Assembly: GCF_039654945.1 (NCBI RefSeq)
Contig: NW_027361671.1
Coordinates: 14,632,001 to 14,696,000, forward strand
Length of the DNA: 64,000 nt
Origin: Dendrobates tinctorius
Lineage: Eukaryota
Direction: 5' to 3'
The notes under the pieces: model-generated
What the model was told of the DNA's origin: nothing
What the model saw: only the letters and a program-made list of their open reading frames with translations
The model's database searches: none
Part shown: in pieces, positions 1-12,806 of the stretch
Position numbering within the stretch: the stretch's first letter is position 1
Layout of the letters: each line of letters begins with the position of its first letter
Translations under genes and position numbers: made by a program

Positions 1-173
1 AAACTTTTGAAGGGTAGTATATGTATATATGTGTGTGTGTCGCTAACATCTATATACCTATGTATTCTATGTGTATATGTAGGGGAGTCGGTCCAGGAAA
101 GAGGACCAACGGTGTGTCTGGGCCGAAACTAGGAGGGCTGCAACCTGTGTTCCAGGGGGGTACAATTTCAGGC

Positions 174-958
174 CATAGTAACATAGTAACATAGTTTTGA
201 AGGCTGAAGGAAGACCTTATGTCCATCTAGTTCAGCCTATTTTTAGTGCATCTGTTCTGCATTGTTGATCCTGGGGAAGACAAAAAACCCACAAAGTAGA
301 AGCCAATTTTCTCCATAGGGAAAAAAAATTCCTTCCCCTAAGCTGCGTCTACCTATAATATTATGTTATTCGTAACCTTCTATACTGTTACTCACAAGAA
401 AAGCATCCATTCCTTTCTTAAATTCATTCAGTGAGTTGGCCATCACCACTTCCTCAGGAAGAGAATTCCAGAGCCTCACTGCTCTTACCATGAAGAACCC
501 TCTTCTATGCTGGTGCAGAAATTGTCTTTCCTCCAAACGAAGAGAATGCCCCCTTGTTCTTGTCACAGTCCTTGGTACAAACAGTTCATTGGATAGATCT
601 CTGTATTGCCCTCTGATATACTTGTACATATATATTAAGGCGCCCTTAAGTCTTCTCTTTTCTAGAGTAAATAGACCTAATTTTGATAACCTTTCTGGGT
701 ATTGTAGTGAATCAACTCCATTTATCATTTTAGTAGCCTGCCTTTGAACCCTTTCAAGTTCAGTATTGTCTTTCTTGAGCACCGGCGTCCAAAATTGCAC
801 ACAATACTCCAAGTGTGGTCTGATGAGTGATTTGTACAGAGGGAGAATTATGTTTTCATCTCATGTCCCCAGACCTCTTCTAATGCATCCCATGACCCTA
901 TTTGCTTTGGTGGCAGCTTCCTGACACTGGGCACTCCAATTTAGCTTCTTATTGACTA
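174..958 (-). mobile_element. CR1 LINE, 5'-truncated 3' end (ORF2 C-terminus plus 3'UTR)
   Basis: ORF 366..812 has EYCVQFWTP, LERVQRQATKMI, LEKRRL, RTRGHSLRL and VRLWNSLP. The (CTATGTTA)n tail is at 174-194. Highly similar to the copy at 58033-60397. Confidence 0.93.
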
Positions 959-1096
959 TGGTTGCCATGGCCAACTGGTGACCCGGCAATGAGGGGGTGT
1001 GTCGACTATGACTTTAGGACGAGAAGCACGTGAAAACAAGGGAAACTTGGCAGGAAAAGAGTCTGCACATAGGTGGGAGGAGCGAAGCAGGCCTCC

Positions 1097-2019
1097 TGTT
1101 GTGAATTCGCTTTTTGGCCTCCCTCTGGTTATTACTGAAGGTAGTGGAGCTGGTCAGATCGACAGAGGGGTTGCGAGTTCTCTTTCTGGGCTCCCTCTGG
1201 TGGTTTCTGGAGGTAGTGGAGCTGATCTGATTGACAGAGGCTTGCCACCTGATAATGATGATGACGATTGGAGATCTGGGGTTTCAGATTGGGATTTAAG
1301 ACAGCCAACTCCCTCTATCCCTGCTGGTGATTTGCTTCCTGTTCCTCCTGAGGTCTGATTTCTCAAGCTCTGTCCCTGCATGTTCAGCTAAGTGGTTTAT
1401 TTGCTATTCTGTTTGCATTTGATCTGGTTTTGTCTATCTCTTCTTGGTGCGGGTCAGCCAGCTCCGGCTGGGGCTGTGCTGAATCACCGCCCATATATTA
1501 CTGCTTGTGCCAGTTTGTTTTATCCCCTGTTTGATTGGTCTCTTTTTGCTCTGCTTTCACAATATACCAGAGTGCTGATATAGTGGGGGGGCGAAGTCGT
1601 GGGACTTCAGTGTTTTTTGCATCAGAAGTGTTGGACTTTTTGCAGGGTTCTTTGCCTGATTGCAGACAGTGTCTTTCCTTTCCTGTCCTGTCTAGTCAGT
1701 GTGGGCCCCATCATTTGCTCAGTCCATTTTCCTGCCTGTGTTTGTGTTTCCATCTTATCTCACCAACAATATATGTTTGGGGTCTATCTATTCCGTTGGG
1801 GTCTGCTCTGGGGCAGTTTAGATTTCCCCTTTCTTGTTTTAGGTTTAGTTAGCTCTCCGGCTGTGTCGAGGCATCTAAGATCATCTTAGGTACGCTCCAC
1901 GGCTACTGCTAGTTGTGTGTATAGGATCAGGGGTCTGCAATCCGCTTAGGTACCAACCTCTCTGGTTTTCTGTGGCTTAGCCTGGACCTGCTCTCCTCCT
2001 CGGTGACCCTTTCATAACA
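1097..2019 (+). mobile_element. Solo LTR related to the Gypsy LTRs at 39105 and 44092
   Basis: TGTTGTGA...TCATAACA termini. GCCTCC direct repeat at 1091-1096 and 2020-2025. Shares blocks such as GGGCCCCATCATTTGCTCAG and CCACGGCTACTGCTAGTTG with the Gypsy LTR. Confidence 0.88.
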
Positions 2020-4231
2020 GCCTCCCCCTTCAGCAGTGAGTCAGCACATTAGACAGAGGAGCGTGGGCACCCGACCGGTCAGTATGTTCGACTGATACTG
2101 CATGACCAGAGCAGAGACCGCTGCCAGACTCACCGCAGAACATGGCCCTCGGTGTGCCCACAGGTCTGGTGCTTTCCATGCATTGGATAGCACCTCCCTG
2201 TGGGCATCGCGCCCGGTGTCACTGTGCCCAGCCTCCCCAGGATACACGGGCTCACCTGTGCCGCTCCTCACCGCAGCTGCGGCTCCCTCCCTGGGATCTG
2301 CGACCTCAGCTGTGACGCTCCTCACCGCAGCTGCGGCTTCCACTCCGGGAACCGCGTGTTCCCCCGCTCCGCTCTCCCTCCTGGAGGCTTCGATCCCAGG
2401 AGAGCTACACAAGGACTGCATACGCCCCGCACCACCGGAACGCAAGGACTTCTACACCCTCCAGCAATGCTTCCTCAGCTGGACATGACGACTTCAGCAC
2501 AGCTGGAACAGCTCCCGTAAACACCACCTCTGCAGGACATCAGAGACCGATAAGTGACTTCCCACTGTTCATACCTCATTGGCCTGGCCGCATAACGGTC
2601 ATCTCCCACCCCGTGTTAGATATCCCATGTAGAGATTGTGTATTTGTGTTTTACCTCCCTGCGTGGAGAATTCGTTGTCAGCTTTACCTTATATTCATAT
2701 AAAACTTGAGTTTAACCCTTGCTCTGCCTCCTGCTCATCGCTGCATCCCGCGTACCTGCTAGTTACCACATATACAGTATATCTATTCCATTTATTCTTT
2801 TCTATCCTGTCACGCTGTGATATTACTGTACACGGCAGATGAATTTCCGACTTTTATTCCATCTGTCTATCATCTACTTTAAAATACTTTAGTGGCATCG
2901 CAATTATTTTCCTGCATTTTTATCGGATGTTACCGACTTTTTCTGATTTTAAGATAAATGCTTATGTTACCAATCACAAATTTGAATGTACCATATTCAT
3001 GCCGAATTTATGTTTGACGATCATTTTCCGAACATATTCGCTCATCTCTACATACAACAAAGAAGTATAAAGTACAATGATTGCATGAAATTGCTAAGGC
3101 ACCTCCCAATATGGGAGGTTGCCTTATATACCAAACATCTCTCAGTTATTGGCTGGGAACATTTTAGAAGTGCGCGCACGCTCCCTTCCCCTTAAAGGGC
3201 CAGTGCACATGCTGCTAAAATGTCCCCAGCACAATCCCAGGAGACCTGCGTGCCTTGCACAAGTCCTGAGTGAAGACAGCAGCCGAGGGAGAGTGCATGA
3301 GTAAGTGAACATGCTGACGTCCTTGCAGGGGGGAGGAAGGGGACACGTGCAGGGACACCGGCACTGTTCTAACACTATACATCACCTGAAACAGAGAAGA
3401 GGCTAACATACATTAAAATGAGAAGTCAGTCATCCCCTTTACACACAACAGCAGTCACGAGCCATCACGAGACACACTGTCCTACACTGGATGCAAGCCA
3501 GATGAGGACCTGCCGGGACTAGAGCTTGTGGATGAATATTGGACACCTTTTAGATTTCAATTGTATCAGTAAATTGGAATACCTACCAATTTAAGCAGAT
3601 GTAACTTTTTTCATAGAATTTTATATTAAGTATATACATATAACATCCTTAAAAAATAATATGTACATAACCAGATATATTATAATAGAAGAGTAGTAGA
3701 CATATGTGGAGGCCAAGTATCAATAATATGTGTAATGGCCATAAAAGAGGATCAATAATATAAACCATATATCATGATCCACATAATTGAAACAGGACAA
3801 ATGCAGGACAACTGCACATTTACTAAAAAGTACCAAACAAAAAAGCAGTCAAAAGATCCATAAAACTATGATATTTATTAAATATAATATTAAAACATTA
3901 TTGGATATGGACACACAGTGTTTGGACAGGGAAAAGGAACAGCATATAAATGAACACGATGGTCATGAAGGGCCAACAAAGCTGCAAACACCCCGCCAGG
4001 ATAATAGAATGCAGAGCTAGATGGTATAGCTAATACAAGTCAGGAGGTTATATAGAATGTAATATAACAAATCATACAGCAAGTGCTACAATCCTTCATA
4101 GGGAGTATACCCTGACAAGGTGCAAACACGCACATACAAAATTAATGTATAGTACACAACATGATGGTAACATAATAAACTGCATTACTATACCTGAAAT
4201 ACGGGGGGGAGAGCAGCAAGGTCGGTCCTAT

Positions 4232-4276
4232 CCCCGACGCGCGTTTCGGAGTTAAAAGAACTCCTTCCTCAGGGGG
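4232..4276 (-). ncRNA. Minimal type I hammerhead ribozyme (mirror copy)
   Basis: Reverse complement of 9447-9491. Confidence 0.9.
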
Positions 4277-5309
4277 CGTGGAGAGTAGTATACCCATCGG
4301 GCATTATATTGCACGCCCGCCGGAAGTCATCAAGGCGCGCGCTGTCCGCCATTGGCCAGCTGGTTCAGTGCTACGGCAGAGCCGGAAACACGCGGGCCCA
4401 CGTGATCCAGCTCTCCGAGCAGAGACCGCCCACCGGCCAACAGACGGACAAAGCGCACGCGCAGAGATGACAGCAGGCTAAAGCGGCCATATTTAAACAG
4501 GGCAAAAGATGGGGCAAACAAAAAATAATAAAAACAACTGAATATTTTGTGGAATGTGGCGAAATGCAGTGTTAAATGACAAACCAGTAGCCACGTAGTA
4601 TTAGTAACAAATAACCAAGATTTGCACTAAGTCTATAACACTGACCTATAGAAACAGCAAATGGCCAAAGCCACAAGTAGATGGCCGCATGATAGGTGCA
4701 TATATATGGGCCAATTCAATGAAAGAAGATTGTTTGGCTCATAATTGACCGGATCCAAAACTAAAGCTGTAGTATACAGGACCTGGTCTCCATGTAAGAG
4801 TGCAATTATCAAAATTAGCAAGATTTGAATACAAAAATTCACTGTATGGCAAGATGTAGTAAAATCATCAAAATAAGCCACCCACACACAAGAGGTAAAT
4901 TGTATGGAGAATTACCCCATAGCACGGAATGCCACAAAATACAAAACATATACAATATTACAGAGTAATACAAAATACACTGAGCTGTTATATAGCATAG
5001 CCAGTAACAGAAACAGTATCACTGCAGTATTACATATATATAGCCCCATAAACACATATTACATGTAAAAATTATGTGTTTAAATACTCTAATAAATGAT
5101 ACAAAAATCTCAAAATTGTGTCAAATTAAATAAGACAACAAAAATATACAGCATCCATTAAGCAGCTTGATGTTGCCAGACGATCTACGAACTCTTTCCA
5201 CCGTTACGGATAACATCCAGTCATATTCAGAATACTATAATGATAAAAACAGAATTTAAAAACAAATAATAGAACCATAGTGTCCACAAATACCAACTCA
5301 AAAAGGTAA

Positions 5310-7640
5310 CTACAAATATGGGGCATAGGAAATATTTTCATTAAGGCCACGTGGATGGATGGTGTCCAAAGTCCAAATCCATCTCGTTTCAGACCTCGCC
5401 AAGCGATTAGATAATTTGCCACCCCTTATGTTAATATTAAGAGCTTCAATGCCCCTTACTTTAAGGAGTGTAGCATTACATTGATGGAATTGCTTAAAAT
5501 GCCTGGGTAAGGTCTTTAGACTTAGATCGTCATCACACGTGGCAGCAGCCACTATACCTAGGACATGTTCCCTCGTGCGTACCTTTAACTGCCGTGTGGT
5601 CATCCCCACATAGATTAGACCACAAGGGCAAGTAGCGTAATAAATCACGTACCGACTGGTGCATGATATATGCTGCTTGATAGAAAATGTCCTGGTACCA
5701 TCATGATTGGTAAAAAGGGTACTCCTCTCAATATTGGGGCAAGCTATACATCTGCCACAGGGAAAACAACCATTTCTCATTGGTATATCATCCAGAAAAG
5801 TACGCAATGGACGATCAACATAGTGACTCGACACCAGCTGATCACGTAAATTCCTTGCCCTTCTAAAAGTAATGGATGGATATTCGGGGAGGAATTTATT
5901 CAAAATTGGATCAACCGCAAGGATCGGCCACGCCTTATTCATTGCGTCACGCATCATCTTATGCTGGGGGTGAAAGGAAGTGATGAATCGAACAACATCA
6001 CTCCCCTCCGTCTTATTGCGCCACCTATATAATAAATCATTACGACTCATATGTTTGGCACGTTGATAGGCCCTCTTAACACTCCGTCTACTGTATCCAC
6101 GAGATAGAAAACGAGCTTTCAATTCATTAGCACGATATTCAAAATCCATATCAGTGGAACAGATACGACGGAGACGTAAAAACTACCCCACTGGAATAGC
6201 TTTAATAAGATGACGCGGATGGCAAGACGAGGCGTGAAGTAAGGTATTACTAGATGTTTCCTTACGGTGGATGTCCGTCTGGATGGTGCCTTCTGTATCT
6301 TTTCTAATGGAAACATCCAAAAAATTGATCCTAGACGGATCCCAGGTCAGAGTAAGCCTAATGTTAAGATCATTGTTGTTCAAATCAGATATAAATTGTA
6401 GAAGGTCGATGGAGCTGCCCTGAAAGATAAAGAAGATATCGTCGATATAGCGTGCCCATAATTGGACACGCTCGATCAACCCCTGTTTATCAGACAGGAA
6501 GAGGTCCCTCTCCCACAGCCCCAGGAAGAGATTGGCATAGGATGGCGCAAAGGCCGCACCCATTGCAGTCCCCTGAAGCTGCAGGTAGAAGGACCCCTTG
6601 AACACAAAAAAGTTGTGTGTGAGAGTGAACTCTAAAAGTTCCAAGATGAGGTCCCTAAGTGCCACCGAAAGTGTGGAAGTAGTTAGAAAGAATTTAACGG
6701 CACGTAAACCATCAGCGTGCTTGATATTGGTATATAGGGACTCAACATCAGTGGAAACAAGAAGAGAATCACTCTCCATACAGAGTCCATCGACCTTCCG
6801 CAATAAATCTCCAGTGTCCTTGAGGAAAGACGGAAGACTGGATACCAACGGCTGAAGATGATGGTCAATCCATTTATTGATGTTCTCAAGGAAATTCCCT
6901 CGACCAGATATAATAGGTCTGCCCGGTGGTGACTTGATGTCTTTATGAATTTTAGGCAGGAGGTACAATGTGGCTATGGTAGGCTCTTTAACAGTGAGTG
7001 CTGCGGCCAATTGTTTGGTGACAGTGCCATTGATCACAGCCTTGTTGATGATCACATTCAACTTAGCAACAAAGGCCGAAAGGGGATTATATGTGAGTTT
7101 TTTATAACATACCGAGTTGTTTAATTGGCGTAATGCCTCCCTCTCGTACATTGCTATAGGCCAGATCACTACATTGCCACCTTTATCAGCCGGTTTTAAC
7201 AGCACATCTGAAAGATTTTGAAGGTATTTGAGCCTCACCCTTTCATCTTTGGTTAAATTGTCAACTCTGCCATACTTGGGAATCTTCTTAAATTCCTCAG
7301 TCACCACACGTACAAAAAGGTCTATACTCGGGCATGATGTAAATGGGGGGAATTTCACTGATCTCAACCGGATAGAGGGTGGAACCTTACCTCCCTCATC
7401 ATCATGCTCAGCCGCTAGCGTCTCCAAAGTTCTTATAGCCTCCTGCTCCTCTTCTGTGGGAAAAAGACACTGGAGATCATTATTAAAGAAATACCTTTTA
7501 AACAACAATGATCTAGCAAACAAGTTAAGATCCTTTACTGCAGTAAAGGTATCGAAACTAGGAGAGGGTGAAAAAGTAAGACCTCTTTCCAACAAAGACA
7601 AATCCACCTTTGTGAGAACATGTTGACTTAAATTGATCAC
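5310..7640 (-). pseudogene. Penelope RT/GIY-YIG polyprotein with one in-frame stop, N-terminally truncated
   Basis: KPADKGG, PPGRPIISG, DVESLYTNI, GTAMGAAFAPSYANLF, RYIDD, a Cys-rich linker (CFPCGRCIAC) and VIY...IYVGMT. ORFs 6183..7640 and 5310..6149 are in frame across TAG 6183-6185 (IPVG*FLRLRRICS). Confidence 0.92.
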
Positions 7641-9367
7641 CTTATTATCCTTCTGATGGAAATCAGAAACATATGAGTCGTAATGATTTATTATATAGGT
7701 GGCGCAATAAGACGGAGGGGAGTGATGTTGTTCGATTCATCACTTCCTTTCACCCCCAGCATAAGATGATGCGTGACGCAATGAATAAGGCGTGGCCGAT
7801 CCTTGCGGTTGATCCAATTTTGAATAAATTCCTCCCCGAATATCCATCCATTACTTTTAGAAGGGCAAGGAATTTACGTGATCAGCTGGTGTCGAGTCAC
7901 TATGTTGATCGTCCATTGCGTACTTTTCTGGATGATATACCAATGAGAAATGGTTGTTTTCCCTGTGGCAGATGTATAGCTTGCCCCAATATTGAGAGGA
8001 GTACCCTTTTTACCAATCATGATGGTACCAGGACATTTTCTATCAAGCAGCATATATCATGCACCAGTCGGTACGTGATTTATTACGCTACTTGCCCTTG
8101 TGGTCTAATCTATGTGGGGATGACCACACGGCAGTTAAAGGTACGCACGAGGGAACATGTCCTAGGTATAGTGGCTGCTGCCACGTGTGATGACGATCTA
8201 AGTCTAAAGACCTTACCCAGGCATTTTAAGCAATTCCATCAATGTAATGCTACACTCCTTAAAGTAAGGGGCATTGAAGCTCTTAATATTAACATAAGGG
8301 GTGGCAAATTATCTAATCGCTTGGCGAGGTCTGAAACGAGATGGATTTGGACTTTGGACACCATCCATCCACGTGGCCTTAATGAAAATATTTCCTATGC
8401 CCCATATTTGTAGTTACCTTTTTGAGTTGGTATTTGTGGACACTATGGTTCTATTATTTGTTTTTAAATTCTGTTTTTATCATTATAGTATTCTGAATAT
8501 GACTGGATGTTATCCGTAACGGTGGAAAGAGTTCGTAGATCGTCTGGCAACATCAAGCTGCTTAATGGATGCTGTATATTTTTGTTGTCTTATTTAATTT
8601 GACACAATTTTGAGATTTTTGTATCATTTATTAGAGTATTTAAACACATAATTTTTACATGTAATATGTGTTTATGGGGCTATATATATGTAATACTGCA
8701 GTGATACTGTTTCTGTTACTGGCTATGCTATATAACAGCTCAGTGTATTTTGTATTACTCTGTAATATTGTATATGTTTTGTATTTTGTGGCATTCCGTG
8801 CTATGGGGTAATTCTCCATACAATTTACCTCTTGTGTGTGGGTGGCTTATTTTGATGATTTTACTACATCTTGCCATACAGTGAATTTTTGTATTCAAAT
8901 CTTGCTAATTTTGATAATTGCACTCTTACATGGAGACCAGGTCCTGTATACTACAGCTTTAGTTTTGGATCCGGTCAATTATGAGCCAAACAATCTTCTT
9001 TCATTGAATTGGCCCATATATATGCACCTATCATGCGACCATCTACTTGTGGCTTTGGCCATTTGCTGTTTCTATAGGTCAGTGTTATAGACTTAGTGCA
9101 AATCTTGGTTATTTGTTACTAATACTACGTGGCTACTGGTTTGTCATTTAACACTGCATTTCGCCACATTCCACAAAATATTCAGTTGTTTTTATTATTT
9201 TTTGTTTGCCCCATCTTTTGCCCTGTTTAAATATGGCCGCTTTAGCCTGCTGTCATCTCTGCGCGTGCGCTTTGTCCGTCTGTTGGCCGGTGGGCGGTCT
9301 CTGCTCGGAGAGCTGGATCACGTGGGCCCGCGTGTTTCCGGCTCTGCCGTAGCACTGAACCAGCTGG

Positions 9368-9420
9368 CCAATGGCGGACAGCGCGCGCCTTGATGACTTC
9401 CGGCGGGCGTGCAATATAAT
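9368..9420 (+). promoter_or_regulatory. Putative Pol II promoter of the Penelope pseudo-LTR (mirror at ~4303-4355, minus strand)
   Basis: CpG-rich patch with CCAAT (9368), ETS-like ACTTCCGG (9396) and TATAA (9415), about 30 nt upstream of the hammerhead. Confidence 0.5.
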
Positions 9421-9446
9421 GCCCGATGGGTATACTACTCTCCACG

Positions 9447-9491
9447 CCCCCTGAGGAAGGAGTTCTTTTAACTCCGAAACGCGCGTCGGGG
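9447..9491 (+). ncRNA. Minimal type I hammerhead ribozyme
   Basis: CCCC-CTGAGGA-A-GGAGTT(CTTTT)AACTCC-GAAA-CGCGCG-TC-GGGG: helix I, catalytic core, helix II, palindromic helix III and a GUC cleavage triplet. Confidence 0.9.
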
Positions 9492-10692
9492 ATAGGACCG
9501 ACCTTGCTGCTCTCCCCCCCGTATTTCAGGTATAGTAATGCAGTTTATTATGTTACCATCATGTTGTGTACTATACATTAATTTTGTATGTGCGTGTTTG
9601 CACCTTGTCAGGGTATACTCCCTATGAAGGATTGTAGCACTTGCTGTATGATTTGTTATATTACATTCTATATAACCTCCTGACTTGTATTAGCTATACC
9701 ATCTAGCTCTGCATTCTATTATCCTGGCGGGGTGTTTGCAGCTTTGTTGGCCCTTCATGACCATCGTGTTCATTTATATGCTGTTCCTTTTCCCTGTCCA
9801 AACACTGTGTGTCCATATCCAATAATGTTTTAATATTATATTTAATAAATATCATAGTTTTATGGATCTTTTGACTGCTTTTTTGTTTGGTACTTTATAA
9901 CCAGATATATTGAAGACACATAAATCTAGGGAATCTAGAAAAAATCTTTCTATAGTTTGAATGATGTCAGAATATAAATGTTACTACCAAAACATTCCAC
10001 ATTGACTCATCTAAAAATTATGTCTGGTGTTCAGAGTTCAGACCAAAAAGCAGTGAGTGTTCTAGACTGAGGAGGCAAGCTGGACATCGCATCTAGCTCA
10101 GACTGGAGGCTCTTTGTACATTGAAAAGTTGAAGAGTTGAAAAGGTCTACTGAATTAATAGGTGCCAGTCTGTGATAAAGCATAGTAGAAATCTTTGGAA
10201 ATGGATTTCATAATGTGGTCAGGTCAGAATTAATATTAATATAACCTTCAGATATAGCTACAGATTTTTATTCATAATACAATATTGTCCCAACTTCACT
10301 CTCTAATATCAAAATGACACAAAACATAATCACGATCATATAGACCTATCAGAAACAGGTGTTTACAATCACTTGCAGAGGTTTAAGCTATTGTAATATT
10401 GTAATATGACCAAAGTCGCAACTTAAAGATGCTTGGAACAACCCATCAGTTTTCACAGACTGTATGTAAGCTTACAGGAGTTACCCAAAACATATATATT
10501 GATTGCCTATCCTTAGTACAGGTCATCAAAATCTTCTTGGAGAGGGTTAAACATCCCCTGTGTTGCAGCTCCTGTAGTGATCAGTTGCACACAGTATAAA
10601 GAGCTAGAAAGGCTTCATTCACTGTGTAGTGGACATTCTGGGGTACTGCAGGTCAGCTGTCATTCACTTCAATGGGGTGAGCTGAGCTGAAG

Positions 10693-11959
10693 TGGGTCGC
10701 CCTCCCAGGGTCGTGGGGTACTCGGTACCGGGCCGGTGTCAGGGGAATGTGTCACAGCAGCGGTGACCCGGTCCGTGGCCCTGGGCGCCCAAGTAATGGG
10801 GGAAATGTAGTTAATAGAATGGAATAGTTTGTGACGCCACCTGTGGTGCTCGGCAAGGGAGGTGTTAAGCCGACGCTGCAGACAGATCCTCTGGGACAGA
10901 TGGTATGGTGCAGAAGTGATGGTATAGCCCTCCACAGGCAGGGCTGATGTCCCAGCTCAGTCTAGTTGTGGTGGTTGTGGAAAGGCGCAGGCAGTGTAAA
11001 AGATGGTACCCAGATGTAGCGGTGCTGAGCGGGTTGGCGCAAGAATGAATGGAGGACACAGAGGCTTGCAGTTCCAAAGCTTTACTCACAGTCTGCGGTA
11101 CACAATGGTGCCTGCCTCCGGGCCATGTCAGAGACTCAGCCAACCTCCAGGCCAGATGGAAAGCTCTTCTCCCACACTCCGCCAACATGTACCTTTCCTG
11201 AACGACTCCTCTATTGCGCCTTAAAGTGTGAAGATCTCCAGTACCGTGGTACCCTGGAGTTCCTCCTGTCAGATGTTCCCAAGAACTCTACTCGTGTGGC
11301 AGACAGCTGTAGCCTACTTTGGGGACTCCCTTCTCCTGAGTCCCGGCTCTCTAAATCAGTTGCTGTTGTGCCCCAAGTCTTAGATGGGAGTAGTGCATTT
11401 ACAGCCTACTACTCCACCGGTGTCTGCTGCAGAACCATAAGTGTCCATACAACCTCGGGGACCGGGCCCCGGCCTTGCGCTGAGAACCTATAGGCAGGGT
11501 TCCTCTTCCAACCCACGTCCTCTCTGTTCTCCTTACTCCTTCGTTCCGTACTGATCTTTTTCTCTCTTATGGAAGCTTAGGTTGCAGTTCTACGTCTTTC
11601 TCCTTCTTTCCCTTTCCCGTGCCAGCTGGCTCAGATCACTGAGGCAGCTGCAGCACTCCTTCCTCCATCCCTTCTTCCAGGGATCCTCACTCCTGTCTGA
11701 GTGACTTCTTACCCGCCTGACCTTCTGCCAGACTGAACCTCTAATCCTACACTTTCCCACTCTTTTATATATCTCAACTCCACCCACCTCCCACCTCCCA
11801 GCACATCCAGTGTTCCATGCAGGGAACCACCAGAGGTGCTCTGCTACTCACTAAGCACTGAGCTGCAATGTGCATGTGCAGAACTACCCTGTTGTTTGGG
11901 GTGTGAGTGTTGGAGCGTGGAAAGGAGTTCCCACCTTACCTGGATGGTGGGGCACTACA
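10693..11959 (-). mobile_element. LTR of a repeated LTR-element family (other copies at ~26830, 35767 and 37050)
   Basis: TGGGTCGCCCTCCCAGGG...GGGGTACTCGGTACCGG...GGTGACCCGGTCCGTGGCCCTGGG recurs four times. The far end is GGGGCACTACA. No clean TSD. Confidence 0.65.
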
Positions 11960-12806
11960 CCTTAGGAGTAGCATCCAAAAACAACCACTACATTGTGAAC
12001 AGATCTTTACACCGTGTGCAGCTGGTCACTACAGAAGTTGCAAAAAGATGATCAATGGGGATTTTGGGTGGTGGACCTCACCACCAAAGATTTCATTTTG
12101 TTTTTAGATTTTTTTTCATTTCTTATATTTTTTCTTTTAAAATTCTGCATTTTAGCCACACAGATTTTTACTGCATGTATGGCATAAGACATCATCAATT
12201 ACATAGTTTGTGATTCTTGATGCAAAACCTGCATAACTCCCAACTAAATGGACCCAACAAATTTAAAGATTAATTATCAATTGTACATTATAATCACATT
12301 ATAATTACAATAAAATGCTGCACCCATGCCACATGCAGACCCAACATAAAGCTCAATGTTCAACTAACTGCTTCCAGGTTTTTTTTTGGGAACAGAAATG
12401 TCTATGATAAAATCTATAGATTTCAGAAAATAACTGGAAAAAGATTTTAACATTATACAGAAGCTGCAGGGAAGCTGAAAGATGTTTTCGATGCTAGGCA
12501 ACCAAGGACACCAAGGTACTCTGCTTTTCTTTTCCGCCATACATCCTGAGCATAAAGAGTACATTCTTTTGTGTTTATTATGTCCTCTGTAGGTTATATA
12601 GAAAAATTATCTGCCCTAGATAAATGCGATACTGTCCTCCTTATCCCTGTCTGTGATCATTGAGAAAGCAAACTCTTGGTCTTCTCAAATTAGAATATCA
12701 TTATTTATTTCTGTAAGTGGTCGTGCACTTTAAAATATATGGATAGGTTTATATGTCAAACTTACGCTTCACCGTCCATTGTATGGAACAATAAGGACTT
12801 CCTGAG

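Larger units (their letters stand above)
78..2770 (+). mobile_element. Probable solo LTR, interrupted by a CR1 and a second solo LTR
   Basis: Starts TGTAGG (78) and ends TTACCACA (2770). TATA lies on both sides (74-77, 2771-2774) as a 4-bp TSD. About 1 kb remains once the nested inserts are removed. Confidence 0.55.
3682..9896 (-). mobile_element. Penelope-like retroelement (Neptune-like), 5'-truncated, with an inverted copy of its 3' part
   Basis: RT plus GIY-YIG ORF. Inverted arms at 3827-6056 and 7667-9896. 15-bp TSD ATAACCAGATATATT at 3667-3681 and 9897-9911. Confidence 0.93.
7667..9896 (+). repeat. 2230-bp inverted duplicate of 3827-6056 (GIY-YIG segment, ORF 7673..8413, plus pseudo-LTR)
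   Basis: Mirror-image ORFs in the track. Only one mismatch noticed (SCGH versus SCDH). Confidence 0.95.
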
